Shown: positions 9,668 through 19,603 of the stretch, in pieces
Numbering within the stretch: the first letter of the stretch is position 1
Layout of the letters: every line of letters starts with the position of its first letter
Assembly: GCA_040766535.1 (NCBI GenBank)
Contig: JAXGQG010000007.1
Span: forward strand, 11,121 to 75,120
Length of the DNA: 64,000 bases
Reading direction: 5' to 3'
Source of the DNA: Dehalococcoidia bacterium
GTDB lineage: Bacteria; Chloroflexota; Dehalococcoidia; GIF9; AB-539-J10
The notes under the pieces: model-generated
The model's input: the letters and a program-made list of their open reading frames with translations, nothing else
Database searches by the model: none
What the model was told of the DNA's origin: nothing
Translations under genes and position numbers: made by a program

Positions 9668-10198
9668 GTGGCCTCAACTGAAGAGACACCGCTCACTGAA
9701 GCCCCCAAACCGTCGTTTACCGCGAGGGTCAAGCGATGGTTGCAGAAGCTGGCGTGGCGCACGTTCGCCATAGTGCTGCTCGTGGTCGGCATCCTGGTGG
9801 CCGCCGCGTTTCTCGGCGTTGAGCCGCTTGCCACCTACAAGGAGATGGTGCACCAGCGCATCGTTGCGCTCGGTCAAGCCGTCGGCATCGAACCCTCCGT
9901 CACGTACCCGAGGCAACAAGTCTTCACTGGCACGTACAGGACCGAGGTGCCGGTGCTCGAGATGCAGCAGACCATCACCTTCGACGGCGACACGCTCACC
10001 GTGGTTGACTCGTACGCCGGCACCGTGATCTACAGTTACACCGCCACCATGATCTCGGCGGAGGAAGGGTCGCTCCTGCTCGAGGATGTCGGAACTCAGC
10101 AGCTAACCGAGGTCCCGCTGCAGTACGTCGCCGATGCCGATTGCCTCATCCTCTATCCCCAGGGGAGGCAACGCGAGGGCGTGACGTATTGTCGTTAG
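9668..10198 (+). CDS. hypothetical single-pass membrane protein
   Basis: One TM segment followed by a beta-rich domain; GTG start after AAGGA. Confidence 0.7.
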   Translation: MASTEETPLTEAPKPSFTARVKRWLQKLAWRTFAIVLLVVGILVAAAFLGVEPLATYKEMVHQRIVALGQAVGIEPSVTYPRQQVFTGTYRTEVPVLEMQQTITFDGDTLTVVDSYAGTVIYSYTATMISAEEGSLLLEDVGTQQLTEVPLQYVADADCLILYPQGRQREGVTYCR

Positions 10199-10281
10199 CC
10201 ACGCCAGCCGCAAGACCACCCGCTGGCTGATGGATCCCGGTTCCGTCAACCCACTCACCTGCTGAAGGCCCCTGACAGACA

Positions 10282-10317
10282 AACAGACGCGGGGACCATG
10301 CGGTCCCCGCGTCTGTT
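10282..10317 (-). terminator. stem-loop / intrinsic terminator between convergent genes
   Basis: 16-bp perfect inverted repeat AACAGACGCGGGGACC-ATGC-GGTCCCCGCGTCTGTT. Confidence 0.8.
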
Positions 10318-10364
10318 CCGTAGTTCAGTTCGTGCGAAAGTACGCACGTCCAGGTTGATCGAGT

Positions 10365-10865
10365 CTACATTCCCCCGGGCCCGACAACGCGTCTCCGGGT
10401 AGCCTGCACGCGCCTTGGCGGTACGCCCTGGATGTTCTGGGCAACCGACTCACCATACCGCACGGTGGTTCCGGTGCCCACACCGCGCATCGCCGCCTCC
10501 ATTTCCTGAAGGTGGCGCTGGTGCATCTCGCCCCGTTCACGCTCCTGACGCTCGTGCATCGTGCCGCGTTCCTGCGCCTGCCGGCGGAACAGTCCCTCCC
10601 AGCCCCCTACCTGCACCTCACTGCCCGCGGCTGAGGATTGCGAATACGTGGGCGCCTGGGCGGTGCTCTGAGAGCCAGCCTGTTCACGTGGCTTGGTGCC
10701 GGGCAAGGACTGGTTCAGGAAGTCCTTGATGGTGCTCAACATGGAGTTGTCATCCACCTGCGCCTGCGGTTTGGCGGTAGTGCCAGGCGCAGGCTTGGTG
10801 AGCGACCCCTTCAGCAAATTGAGCAGTTCTCCGGCCAATCGATCGGTATCTCTCTCGTCTGCCAT
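10365..10865 (-). CDS. hypothetical protein, paralog A
   Basis: RBS GGAGG; N-terminal 62 aa nearly identical to those of 11315..12148. Confidence 0.8.
   Translation of the reverse strand: MADERDTDRLAGELLNLLKGSLTKPAPGTTAKPQAQVDDNSMLSTIKDFLNQSLPGTKPREQAGSQSTAQAPTYSQSSAAGSEVQVGGWEGLFRRQAQERGTMHERQERERGEMHQRHLQEMEAAMRGVGTGTTVRYGESVAQNIQGVPPRRVQATRRRVVGPGGM
10680..10865 (-). repeat. diverged coding repeat, copy 1 (N-terminal module)
   Basis: Aligns with 11963..12148; 56/62 aa identical, many synonymous changes. Confidence 0.9.
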
Positions 10866-10874
10866 GACTACCTC

Positions 10875-11132
10875 CTACCGCTTGATGACCTTGCCGAGGA
10901 TCCACAGCAAGAGTATGGCGCCAACCAGGGCCGCCAGGAACGAAACCAGGATGCCACTGCTGCCGGCGGCGCCGAGAAGACCCAGCAGGTAGCCGCCGAT
11001 GATGGCGCCGACGATTCCAACGATTATGTCACCAACAAGCCCGAACGGTCCGGCCTTGCCGAGAATCCGGCGAGCCAGGAACCCGATCACTGCACCGATC
11101 ACCAACCAGATGAGCAACGCATATACCGGCAT
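10875..11132 (-). CDS. GlsB/YeaQ/YmgE family (transglycosylase-associated) stress membrane protein
   Basis: IWLVIGAVIGFLAR...GDIIVGIVGAIIGGYL...ALVGAILLL. Confidence 0.9.
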   Translation of the reverse strand: MPVYALLIWLVIGAVIGFLARRILGKAGPFGLVGDIIVGIVGAIIGGYLLGLLGAAGSSGILVSFLAALVGAILLLWILGKVIKR

Positions 11133-11314
11133 CGTCACGCTCCTTTCGTACTGTTCTCTCCGCCTGCCCTTCCGGAAGGCAGGCACCCTCTCATTTCCGA
11201 GTCTAGGCCCATGTGCTGCAAAGGTCAATGTGTATATCCACACGGCCTCCCGGACTGCTCCGCAGGATATTCACCGGACCGCCGCGCTCAATGCCCGGTC
11301 AGCCATTCACCCGG

Positions 11315-12148
11315 CTACGGCCCGCGTCTGACCAGATCGGATGCCTTATGTACGATCGGGTTGTTGCCCACGCGGTAGCCCCACTCGCGTCCGGGCAACC
11401 GCTCAAACTCCGAGTTCTCCGGTATCAGGCCCAGCTTGATCGCCTGCTCGAATTCAGCCTCCATGCTCTCACGCTTGCCCGGACGGCCGAACGCATTGCG
11501 CAGTGCAGCCAGTTCCTCGGGAGTGAACGTGTGGACATCGACGAGACGTGCCGATGTCGGCGTGAGTCCATAGCGACGAGCCTCCCTGAACGCCTGCTCT
11601 TCGCTGACTGCGGAGAAGGTCTTCAGGCCATTCTCGGTGTCGACCGCCCAGTTGCCGATGGTCCTCCCTGGTACTATCCCCGCCTGTCGTGCCGTCTTGC
11701 GCGCCGCAGGGGCCGAGGGCGTTGGCGGCCGCACAGCAACCGGCCGGACGATCACCTTCTTGATCCCCGCGAAGGACTCCATCTCCTGCAGGTGCCGCTT
11801 CTGTATCTCGTCGCGCTCACGCACATGTCTGGCGTACATCTGCTGGCGTTCCTGTTCCTGCCGCAAGTACATCGGCACCCACTCCACCTCGACCGCAGCC
11901 TGGGTTGAGAGAGGCGTCTGTGCGGCGCTGCCGCCCCACTGCGGAGCGGAAGGCGCTCCCTGTTGCTCGCGGGGTTTGGTGCCGGGCAGGGACTGGTTGA
12001 GGAAGTCCTTGATGGTGCTCAGCATGGAATTGTCATCCACCTGAGCCTGCGGACGGGCCCCAATCCCCGGCGCAGGTTTCGTCAGTGAACCCTTCAGCAG
12101 GTTCAACAGTTCTCCGGCCATGCGATCGGTATCGCCCTCGTACGCCAT
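11315..12148 (-). CDS. hypothetical protein, paralog B, with an extra C-terminal domain
   Basis: RBS GGAGGG before MAYEGD; shares the N-terminal module and the ...RHLQEME helix with paralog A. Confidence 0.8.
   Translation of the reverse strand: MAYEGDTDRMAGELLNLLKGSLTKPAPGIGARPQAQVDDNSMLSTIKDFLNQSLPGTKPREQQGAPSAPQWGGSAAQTPLSTQAAVEVEWVPMYLRQEQERQQMYARHVRERDEIQKRHLQEMESFAGIKKVIVRPVAVRPPTPSAPAARKTARQAGIVPGRTIGNWAVDTENGLKTFSAVSEEQAFREARRYGLTPTSARLVDVHTFTPEELAALRNAFGRPGKRESMEAEFEQAIKLGLIPENSEFERLPGREWGYRVGNNPIVHKASDLVRRGP
11963..12148 (-). repeat. diverged coding repeat, copy 2 (N-terminal module)
   Basis: Aligns with 10680..10865. Confidence 0.9.
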
Positions 12149-12355
12149 TTCACCCTCCCGGCGCCTCATCGCTCTTCTCGACACAGTTCGGGTCCGATGC
12201 ATCGCCAGCAACTCGAGGCACGGACCTCGCTGCAAGCGCCTGTGTCGCATCATAGACCCGGTTCGGAGAGATAGCAAATCGATGCACGAGACGAGCTTGC
12301 GGGGTTCCGACGTACAGTGCGCAGCCGGGACGAATGTACTATCCGCGCAGTACTT

Positions 12356-14227
12356 TCAGCGGTACCCCTGCGCCTGCAGATTGAAGAGCCTGGCGTATGC
12401 GCCGTCCAACGCCATCAGTTCGGCGTGGCTGCCGAGCTCGATGAGGTTGCCTCCGGACAGCACTGCGATACGGTCTGCCATCCTCACGGTTGAGAACCGG
12501 TGCGAGATGAGCACCGCGATGCGACCCTGCATCAGTTCACCGAAACGCCGAAAGACGTCGTACTCCGCCTCGGCATCGAGCGCTGAGGTCGGTTCGTCGA
12601 GAACCAGCACCTCAGCCTTCCGCATGAAGGCTCGTGCAAGGGCGATCTTCTGCCACTGCCCGCCGGAGAGTTCAAGTCCCTTCTCCCAGCGCCGTCCCAG
12701 CATCGTATCGTATGTAGCCGGCATGGATTCGATGAGCGGGATGGCCCCTCCACGGTCGGCCGCCGTGACGATGCGCTCGTGGTCTTCCAGCGCGTCCACC
12801 TGCCCGAAGCCGATGTTCTCACGCACCGTGAACTGGTACCGGACGAAGTCCTGGAAGATGACGCCGAAACGCTGATGCAGGCTGCCCAGATCGTACTCAC
12901 GCAGATCGATGCCATCCAGCAGTATCTGACCTTCGGTGGGATCGTAGAGCCTCGTCAGCAGCTTGATGAGCGTGGTCTTGCCGGCGCCGTTCAGACCAAC
13001 GAGCGCCAGGTGTTCTCCCGGGTGGATATGGAGGTTGATGTCTCTCAGGACGTCCGTCTCACAACCGGGGTAACGGAACGTGACGTGCTTGAATTCGATG
13101 CCGTGTTCTATCGGCGCCGGCGCCGGGCGTCCGTCCGCAGGTGTGGTCAGGGATGGTTCCAGCTCCAGGTAGGTCACAAGGTTGTCCAGGAACAAGTTGC
13201 TCTCATACAGCCGGTTCAGACTGTCGAGAAGCGAGCGGATGGAGCCCTGCGACTGTCGGAAGATCGTCAGGAACATGGTCATATCGCCCAGTGTTATGCG
13301 GCCGGCGACGGTGCGCAGGACTATCCAGGCGTAGCTGCCGTAGTAGGCGAGGTTGGAGAGAAGCCCCCAGCCAAGACCCGCGACCGTCTTACGCTTGGCG
13401 ATGGCCCTGTCTTCCTCGTAGAACTTGGTGAACAACTCCTGGTACCGCTTCAGCAACGGCGCACCGAGGCCGAACAACTTGATCTCTTTGACGGTGTCGT
13501 TGCCCGTCAAGAGCATCTCCAGGTAGTTGAGCAGGCGCGCTTCTGGAGCGCGACGTGTGACTACGCGAAACGCCCTCTCGGCATACTGTGACTGCGCCAG
13601 GAACGCGGGAATGGCGGAGGCCACGCCGATGACCGCAAGCCAGGGGCTGAAGGTGATGAGCAGAGCGACCAACGTGATCAGGGTTATGGTCTGCTGCAAC
13701 ATCTGCAGGATCGAGTTCACGATGTTGAGGGCACTGGTATCAGCCTGGCGGCGGGCGTTCTGCAGCATGTCATAGAACACCGGATCCTCGAAGAACCTGA
13801 TATCAAGGCTGATCGCCTTGGTGATGATCATCGAGTTGACATGATTCGTGAGTTGCGTCTGCAGCATGCGATCGGTGAGGCCGCGGACCTGCGTCACTAC
13901 CGAACTCGTCAGCAGCAACCCAAACTCGAGTCCAAGGTAAGGGGCGACGAATCGCAGGCCGGCGACCGGCTCCATACCCACCTGTGCGGCGATGACCACT
14001 GCGTCGATAATGAGTTTTGCGGTCCACGCCTGGGCGGCTGGCAACGCGGCGCTGACAATGGTGAGTCCGATACCGCCAAGGGCGGAGCGCCGGTCGGCGG
14101 CCCACACCAGACGGAAGGCGTGCGGGGTGTTGCGCAGCGCGTCCGCGATATCTCGCAGGCGACCAGGCCTCTGCGGAGGCGGAGGTGAAGCGAACCGTCC
14201 GGAGGGACCGCTGAAAGGGGCACTCAC
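12356..14227 (-). CDS. ABC exporter, fused permease and ATP-binding domains
   Basis: Walker A GLNGAGKT, signature LSGGQWQ, Walker B VLVLDEPT, ISHRFST; start approximate. Confidence 0.93.
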   Translation of the reverse strand: MSAPFSGPSGRFASPPPPQRPGRLRDIADALRNTPHAFRLVWAADRRSALGGIGLTIVSAALPAAQAWTAKLIIDAVVIAAQVGMEPVAGLRFVAPYLGLEFGLLLTSSVVTQVRGLTDRMLQTQLTNHVNSMIITKAISLDIRFFEDPVFYDMLQNARRQADTSALNIVNSILQMLQQTITLITLVALLITFSPWLAVIGVASAIPAFLAQSQYAERAFRVVTRRAPEARLLNYLEMLLTGNDTVKEIKLFGLGAPLLKRYQELFTKFYEEDRAIAKRKTVAGLGWGLLSNLAYYGSYAWIVLRTVAGRITLGDMTMFLTIFRQSQGSIRSLLDSLNRLYESNLFLDNLVTYLELEPSLTTPADGRPAPAPIEHGIEFKHVTFRYPGCETDVLRDINLHIHPGEHLALVGLNGAGKTTLIKLLTRLYDPTEGQILLDGIDLREYDLGSLHQRFGVIFQDFVRYQFTVRENIGFGQVDALEDHERIVTAADRGGAIPLIESMPATYDTMLGRRWEKGLELSGGQWQKIALARAFMRKAEVLVLDEPTSALDAEAEYDVFRRFGELMQGRIAVLISHRFSTVRMADRIAVLSGGNLIELGSHAELMALDGAYARLFNLQAQGYR

Positions 14228-14447
14228 AAACCTGCTCCCGGGCGGGATCGGTGGCGCTTCATCATCGCGGAGAGCATAACGCGCTGCCGCACGAGGGTCA
14301 AACACGCAGGGACGACTGCGCCGATGGAACTGAGTCGCCCTGCATACCATCGGCGAGTATCAGAGCACGACACCGCCGCTCCGGAACTGAGTTCTTCAGT
14401 GAGCTGAATTGCGCTATCATGGTGGTTGACGAACAGGAGTCGCCCCT

Positions 14448-14849
14448 ATGGACATATCGCTGGATCTCTCTACATTCCTCATGCCGTGGAAGCTGCTTTC
14501 CGTCATGGAAGCGCCGCTGGCAGGTCTGGCCTCTGCCATCGGCTTCGTGTGGATATCACTGTGTGTGTACATCATTGCGAAGAAGACCAATACCGAGAAC
14601 CCGTGGCTTGCCTGGATACCTGTGGCCAATGTGATTCTCGTCTGTCTCATCGCGGGAAAGGGATGGTGGTGGGGATTCCTTTTCTTCATCCCGCTGCTCG
14701 GCATCATCATCATGGAGATCGTGGTCTGGAGGATATGCGAGTTGCGGGGCAAGCCGGGTTGGCTCGCGCTGCTTATGCTTGTACCGGTGGCCAACTTCAT
14801 CATTCCCGGAGTCCTGGCGTTCGACGATTCCGGAACATCGACACGTTAG
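14448..14849 (+). CDS. membrane protein (DUF5684-like)
   Basis: IAKKT...WLAWIPVAN...GKPGW...LAF; RBS AGGAG. Confidence 0.75.
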   Translation: MDISLDLSTFLMPWKLLSVMEAPLAGLASAIGFVWISLCVYIIAKKTNTENPWLAWIPVANVILVCLIAGKGWWWGFLFFIPLLGIIIMEIVVWRICELRGKPGWLALLMLVPVANFIIPGVLAFDDSGTSTR

Positions 14850-14918
14850 GCGCCAACCGCGCCGAGGGGCGTCGCGCATCGGGAGCGGCTCGCTTCGTAT
14901 GCCGACCGCTGCTGCATC

Positions 14919-16004
14919 ATGAGCACTGACAACCTGCATACTGGCCTCATAGGTCTGACGACTGAGGAGTTGGGCGCGGTCGCGCGCGCTTGGGGTCAGC
15001 AACCGTACCGGGGCGCCCAGATGGCTGAATGGCTCTACCGCAGGGGAGTGCACAGCATCGAGGCGATGGCCAACCTGCCCGAGGATCTGAAGGCCTCCTT
15101 GCCTGCAACGTACCGTGTGGGACGCTCGCAGTGCGTGGCTGAGCGGCGGAGCAAGGACGGCACTGTGAAGCTGTTGCTGCAGTCTCCGGACGGTGCCCGC
15201 GTCGAAGCCGTGGGCCTGCCGTACGCCGACCGGTCGAGCTGCTGTGTTTCCACCCAGGTGGGTTGTCCTATCGGCTGTGTCTTCTGTGCCACTGGCCTGA
15301 GCGGCTTCACTCGCAACCTCACCGCGGGTGAGATCGTCGATCAAGTGCTGTCCGTACAGGAAGCGCTGAACCGGCCGGTGTCAGAGCCGGGGGCTATCAG
15401 GCGTATCGACCACGTGGTCTTCATGGGCATGGGTGAGCCGCTGCTGAACTACGACGCAACTCTCAAGGCGGTGCGCCTGCTGAACAGCGAGATGGGCATC
15501 GCCATGCGGCAGTTGACCATTAGCACGGTAGGCTATGTTCCCGCCATCTACCGGCTGGCGCGAGAGTCGCTGCAGCTTACCCTGGCGGTGTCGCTGCACG
15601 CTGCATCGGACGAGTTACGCCGCAGGCTCATTCCCGGAATGACGCGCTGGGGTGTCAGCGACCTGGTGGATGCCTGCCGTGCCTATGTGAGCCAGACCGG
15701 GCGGAGAATCACCTTTGAGTACTGTCTGCTGGACGGGATCAACGACAGTATGGCGGACGCGGAAGCACTTGCAGCCGCCCTTCGTGGAGTGAATTGCCAC
15801 GTGAATCTGATTGTTCACAACCCGGTGGCCGGTCTCGGCTTCCATGCGCCCCCGCGCCGGCAATTGACTGCATTCCGAGCTTGCCTGGAGAACGCAGGAA
15901 TCGTCGTCACGCAGCGGCTTGAACGGGGGGCGGATATCGATGCGGCCTGTGGACAGCTGCGACGCAGAGAGGCGGCTGCAGAGGCCTCCCTCCCTGAAGA
16001 GTAG
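14919..16004 (+). CDS. rlmN: 23S rRNA/tRNA m2A methyltransferase RlmN (radical SAM)
   Basis: CVSTQVGCPIGCVFCATG, FMGMGEPL, SLHA, DIDAACGQL. Confidence 0.95.
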   Translation: MSTDNLHTGLIGLTTEELGAVARAWGQQPYRGAQMAEWLYRRGVHSIEAMANLPEDLKASLPATYRVGRSQCVAERRSKDGTVKLLLQSPDGARVEAVGLPYADRSSCCVSTQVGCPIGCVFCATGLSGFTRNLTAGEIVDQVLSVQEALNRPVSEPGAIRRIDHVVFMGMGEPLLNYDATLKAVRLLNSEMGIAMRQLTISTVGYVPAIYRLARESLQLTLAVSLHAASDELRRRLIPGMTRWGVSDLVDACRAYVSQTGRRITFEYCLLDGINDSMADAEALAAALRGVNCHVNLIVHNPVAGLGFHAPPRRQLTAFRACLENAGIVVTQRLERGADIDAACGQLRRREAAAEASLPEE

Positions 16005-16094
16005 AGGGGCCGGCGGAGTACATCTCCACGCGGCCCCGGCAGAGGCGTTCGACAGTGGCGCGGCGCTGTCTGCAGCGGCGTGCCCCGGTTGTCG

Positions 16095-16478
16095 TCAGGA
16101 CTTCATCTTGGCCTTGAGGTCCGGTCGCGGCGGCGTAAACACATCCAGGACTCGTGCGCCGTTGGCGCCGACGTAGGCCCCGTGTTCCTCGTCGGGGGCG
16201 AAGATCAGGACATCACCCTCATGGACCGGGAAGACCTTCCCCTCAACCACGAAATCGGCGTCCCCCTTCAGCATGATGGTGACCTGCTCGATACCCGAGT
16301 GCTTGTGCGGATCAGCATAGCTGTTCGCCGGCATGTCGACGAAGCTCAGCATGATCTTCTCGCCACAGAGGATATTGGCTTCGCCATGGCTGCCGAGATC
16401 GACCGGAGAACCTCGTCCGATGTGGAGGATTCTACTGGCGCGCTCGGCTTCGGAAGCTAGTGGCTCTTTCCGTTTCAT
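16095..16478 (-). CDS. cupin domain protein
   Basis: PHKH...EQ...G, EEHG, LDVFTPPR. Confidence 0.9.
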   Translation of the reverse strand: MKRKEPLASEAERASRILHIGRGSPVDLGSHGEANILCGEKIMLSFVDMPANSYADPHKHSGIEQVTIMLKGDADFVVEGKVFPVHEGDVLIFAPDEEHGAYVGANGARVLDVFTPPRPDLKAKMKS

Positions 16479-16759
16479 CTACACCTCCTGCACGCGTTGT
16501 CGCCTGCGACTCGTATGTTACACGTCCTGCGTCTCCAACCCAAGCTGGAAGCAGGCGGACGCCTTACGGTGAAGACTGCCGGCCAGCCTGGCAGGCTGCG
16601 CGTTGCCGGCGACGTGCGAAGCCCTCAGGCAGACAGCGACGGCACACCTGTATACTTCGAACGTGCTGCCGCACACCGCCTCCGCCAGGAACAGGATGGT
16701 CAACATTGGAGCGCTCATCTTGCGTCGCCAGAGGCTGAGCGGCGGCAACAGGAGCAGCG

Positions 16760-17209
16760 ATGAACATGCAACCCATCGGAATCGTGAAGTCACCGGTCAT
16801 TGAAGGCGTCGATGCCGGATGGGGTGACGTTGTGTCCGAGATCCACCTCAACCGGGAGTTCGCCGCAGGCCTCACCGGCCTCGAGACATTCTCACATATC
16901 CTCGTGGTCTTCGCGATGCACGAAGCCACGTGGTCTCCGGAGAGCGATCTCGTCCGCCGTCCTCAGGGGCGGGCCGACATGCCGCTGCTGGGCATCTTCG
17001 CCCAGCGCGCAAAACACCGGCCGAATCCCATCGGCGTCACCAGCGTGCGGTTGCTTGCCGTACAGGGAAACAAGTTGAGGATCCAGGGCCTTGATGCCAT
17101 CGATGAGACGCCGGTCCTCGACATCAAACCTTACTTCCCCCAGTATGACCGTGTTCCGGAGCCCGTGATCCCGCCCTGGGTCGAGGAACTGATGACCGGG
17201 TACTTCTAG
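16760..17209 (+). CDS. tsaA: tRNA (t6A37) N6-methyltransferase TrmO/TsaA family
   Basis: PIGIVKS, GIFAQRAKHRPNPIG, GLDAIDETPVLDIKPY. Confidence 0.9.
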   Translation: MNMQPIGIVKSPVIEGVDAGWGDVVSEIHLNREFAAGLTGLETFSHILVVFAMHEATWSPESDLVRRPQGRADMPLLGIFAQRAKHRPNPIGVTSVRLLAVQGNKLRIQGLDAIDETPVLDIKPYFPQYDRVPEPVIPPWVEELMTGYF

Positions 17210-17221
17210 TTCGCATGCATG

Positions 17222-17250
17222 TTGACGGGCAAGCGACCCTTGCATAGAAT
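17222..17250 (+). promoter_or_regulatory. sigma70 promoter of the USP gene
   Basis: TTGACG-N17-TAGAAT. Confidence 0.75.
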
Positions 17251-17300
17251 CGAAGCAAACAGGATGGGCGCGGGAATACCCGCACGGGAGGTGGTGCGAC

Positions 17301-17750
17301 ATGTTCAGCAGGATACTCGTGTGCCTGGATGGCACGTCCTTCTCGGAGCAGATCGTCCCTTACGCCCTGGAGATGGCGCGGCGTTTCGGGTCTGAGCTGA
17401 TCCTCATGACCTCTGCCGAGATACCCACGCCGGCCGCCGCTGAATACCCCATAGAAGTCGATCTCGTTCAGGACTTGAGGCGTGTGGAAGTTGACCAGTA
17501 CCTTGAAGATACGGCTGCGCAGGTCAGAGAGGCCGGTATGCCTGTTCGCACCAACACTGCGATAGGCTCACCGGGGCACGCCATCGTCGAGTATGCGGCG
17601 CAGGTTGGAGTAGACCTGATCGTCATGGGGACACACGGGCGAAAGAACATCGGACGGCTGGTATTCGGAAGCGTGACCGATCACGTACTGAAACACACGA
17701 CCGTGCCCGTGCTGGTGCTGAAACCTCACGCGAAGCCTGAAACCGCGTGA
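17301..17750 (+). CDS. universal stress protein (UspA family)
   Basis: RILVCLDG, DLIVMGTHGR, FGSVTDHVL, PVLVL. Confidence 0.93.
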   Translation: MFSRILVCLDGTSFSEQIVPYALEMARRFGSELILMTSAEIPTPAAAEYPIEVDLVQDLRRVEVDQYLEDTAAQVREAGMPVRTNTAIGSPGHAIVEYAAQVGVDLIVMGTHGRKNIGRLVFGSVTDHVLKHTTVPVLVLKPHAKPETA

Positions 17751-17908
17751 GCCCTCCATCCGGCGTCAGGCCGGTCCGTCGAGTCGAGACACAAGCCACC
17801 GCTGACGGGCACACCATACATCGTGTCGCCCGCCAGCGGTTTCGGCCGGAATGCCAACGCAGTTGAACGCTCAGTCAGTCCCGGGGCCAGCAGCCGGCCC
17901 CGGAAACC

Positions 17909-18115
17909 TTAGTCCTCGAGGATGAAGGTGATCTTCATCTGGACGCGGTATTCAGAGATGTTGCCCTTCTGGTCCAGGAGGATTTCCTGGTTCTCGATCC
18001 ATGCCGCCCTGACGTTGTGCAGGGTCTTCTCAGCACGTGCGATACCCTTCTTGATCGCGTCGTCAAAACTGACCGGGGATGAAGCCTTGATCTCGGTTGT
18101 ACGTGAAATGGACAT
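17909..18115 (-). CDS. dodecin family protein
   Basis: SSPVSFDDAI...KTLHNV...EYRVQMKITF; RBS GAGGAGG. Confidence 0.88.
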   Translation of the reverse strand: MSISRTTEIKASSPVSFDDAIKKGIARAEKTLHNVRAAWIENQEILLDQKGNISEYRVQMKITFILED

Positions 18116-18220
18116 ACTCACCTCCTCAGATTCATCATACCAACGCCGTCACGACCGGTACTGCATCAAGCACAGCGCCAACATCGCGCCGATGGCGCCG
18201 TGGGTTGTGGCATCAGGCAG

Positions 18221-18436
18221 CTAGTCCGCCCGCTCCACTTTGAATGACACCTTGACCTTGGCGCGGTAGGCAACCACCTTCCCATTCTCGACCTGCATGT
18301 CCAGCTCGGATACCTCCGCCACGCGCAGGTCGCGAAGCGTCTTGCCGGCCAGTTCCACTGCCCGCGCCGCCGCCTTCTCCCAGGACTCTTCACTGGTGCC
18401 GACGAGTTCGATGAACTTGTAGACGCTATCTACCAT
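18221..18436 (-). CDS. dodecin family protein
   Basis: VYKFIELVGTSEESWEKAA...KTLRDLR...YRAKVKVSFK. Confidence 0.9.
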   Translation of the reverse strand: MVDSVYKFIELVGTSEESWEKAAARAVELAGKTLRDLRVAEVSELDMQVENGKVVAYRAKVKVSFKVERAD

Positions 18437-18786
18437 ACCACCCACCTCCTTCTCCGTCATGCGTCCCATGCGAATGGCCGATCTCCACTCGGTCACTCAA
18501 CTGCCCCAGCGACCCTTCCGGGGTTTGATCTCCCTTCCATGCACTTCGTCTCAGGTGCGGCGCCGAACGCACGGTCTTTCTCTTCCGCTCCTGATGCACG
18601 GTATAGCACACCCGCATAGGCAATGCGAGTTCGCACGTGGACGTGATGCTGACAGCGCCGGGTAGTCAGCGAAGACCGAACACGTTGTGACTGGATGGTG
18701 AAAGAACGCGGTTTGATGGAAACCGTCGAGGTTGAGCCGACGGGGTGCCAGTATGGCATGAACTGGCCGCGCTCTGGATGGCGGGT

Positions 18787-19389
18787 TCATGGTTGCTTCC
18801 AGTGTTTCCAGCTGCCCCCGGCCATGTGTACCGCCTGCATCAGGAACGCCAGGTTCTTTCCCAGTGTCCAGGCGCACCCCTCCATCCTCCCCTGTCCTCA
18901 CGCTTCTGGTGCTACCCACCGCGATAGTCCAGCGCGGCACTCCGGTCATGTAGAACTCCAGCGTCTGGAACCAGAAGTTCATTTGCGCCAGCGTGAACGT
19001 CAACCCACCGCGGCAAGGCCACGACGAGGGGTCCGCCGACCTTTCCTCGAAAAGTGCCCCTGTTGTTCCTGACAATGAAGCCAGTGCGCTCCATAAGCCC
19101 CTTCACGAGAGCGGTAGCGCTGCCGAAGTACACGGGCGTCGCGATGATAATGCCATCAGCGGACTTCATCTTCTCGTACACGGGCGCGAGGTCGTCTTCG
19201 ATGATACAGCGCTCTTCTCTTTCTGGTAGGCGAGAGGCATGAGTTGCATCCCCGGATGCTTGGGAGGCCGGAAAAGCAGCAACTTCCAGTCTCGATGCCC
19301 TCCTCGGCCATGGCGTTCAGTGCGTGCCGGGTAATCATCATGGTGTTTCCGTCCACCCTGGGGCTGCCCGATATGCCCAGCGCCTTCAT
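18787..19389 (-). pseudogene. flavodoxin/iron-sulfur flavoprotein family gene, multiply frameshifted (possibly sequence error)
   Basis: Fragments in different frames: MKALGISGSPRVDGNT, IRGCNSC, ADGIIIATPVYFG, GKVGGPLVV. Confidence 0.75.
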
Positions 19390-19603
19390 CGATTGACACC
19401 TCCTTGATCTGCTCCCGCCGGATCTGGCTGGTGCATCATCGTGTCATGCAGGTATTCCGGGCTGCAAGGTGCTCCTGATGGCGACTCTTCTGCTATTGCT
19501 CCCTCCCCCGAACTGAACAGCTGGTTCCGCGGAAGGCTACCATTCGGGTAGCGATTCGGGCTGCGGGCCCGGGGAGGTGGTTATGCTGTCACGAAGATCG
19601 CTG

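Noticed and set aside
10680-12148. Paralog repeat as an assembly duplication or mobile-element end
   Set aside because: The copies differ mainly at synonymous sites, which indicates old coding paralogy
16497-16760. Short ORFs or an ncRNA between the cupin gene and tsaA
   Set aside because: No RBS, recognisable motif or RNA family signature
18440-18620. FMN riboswitch upstream of the dodecin genes
   Set aside because: The conserved RFN sequence blocks are absent; only generic pairing potential
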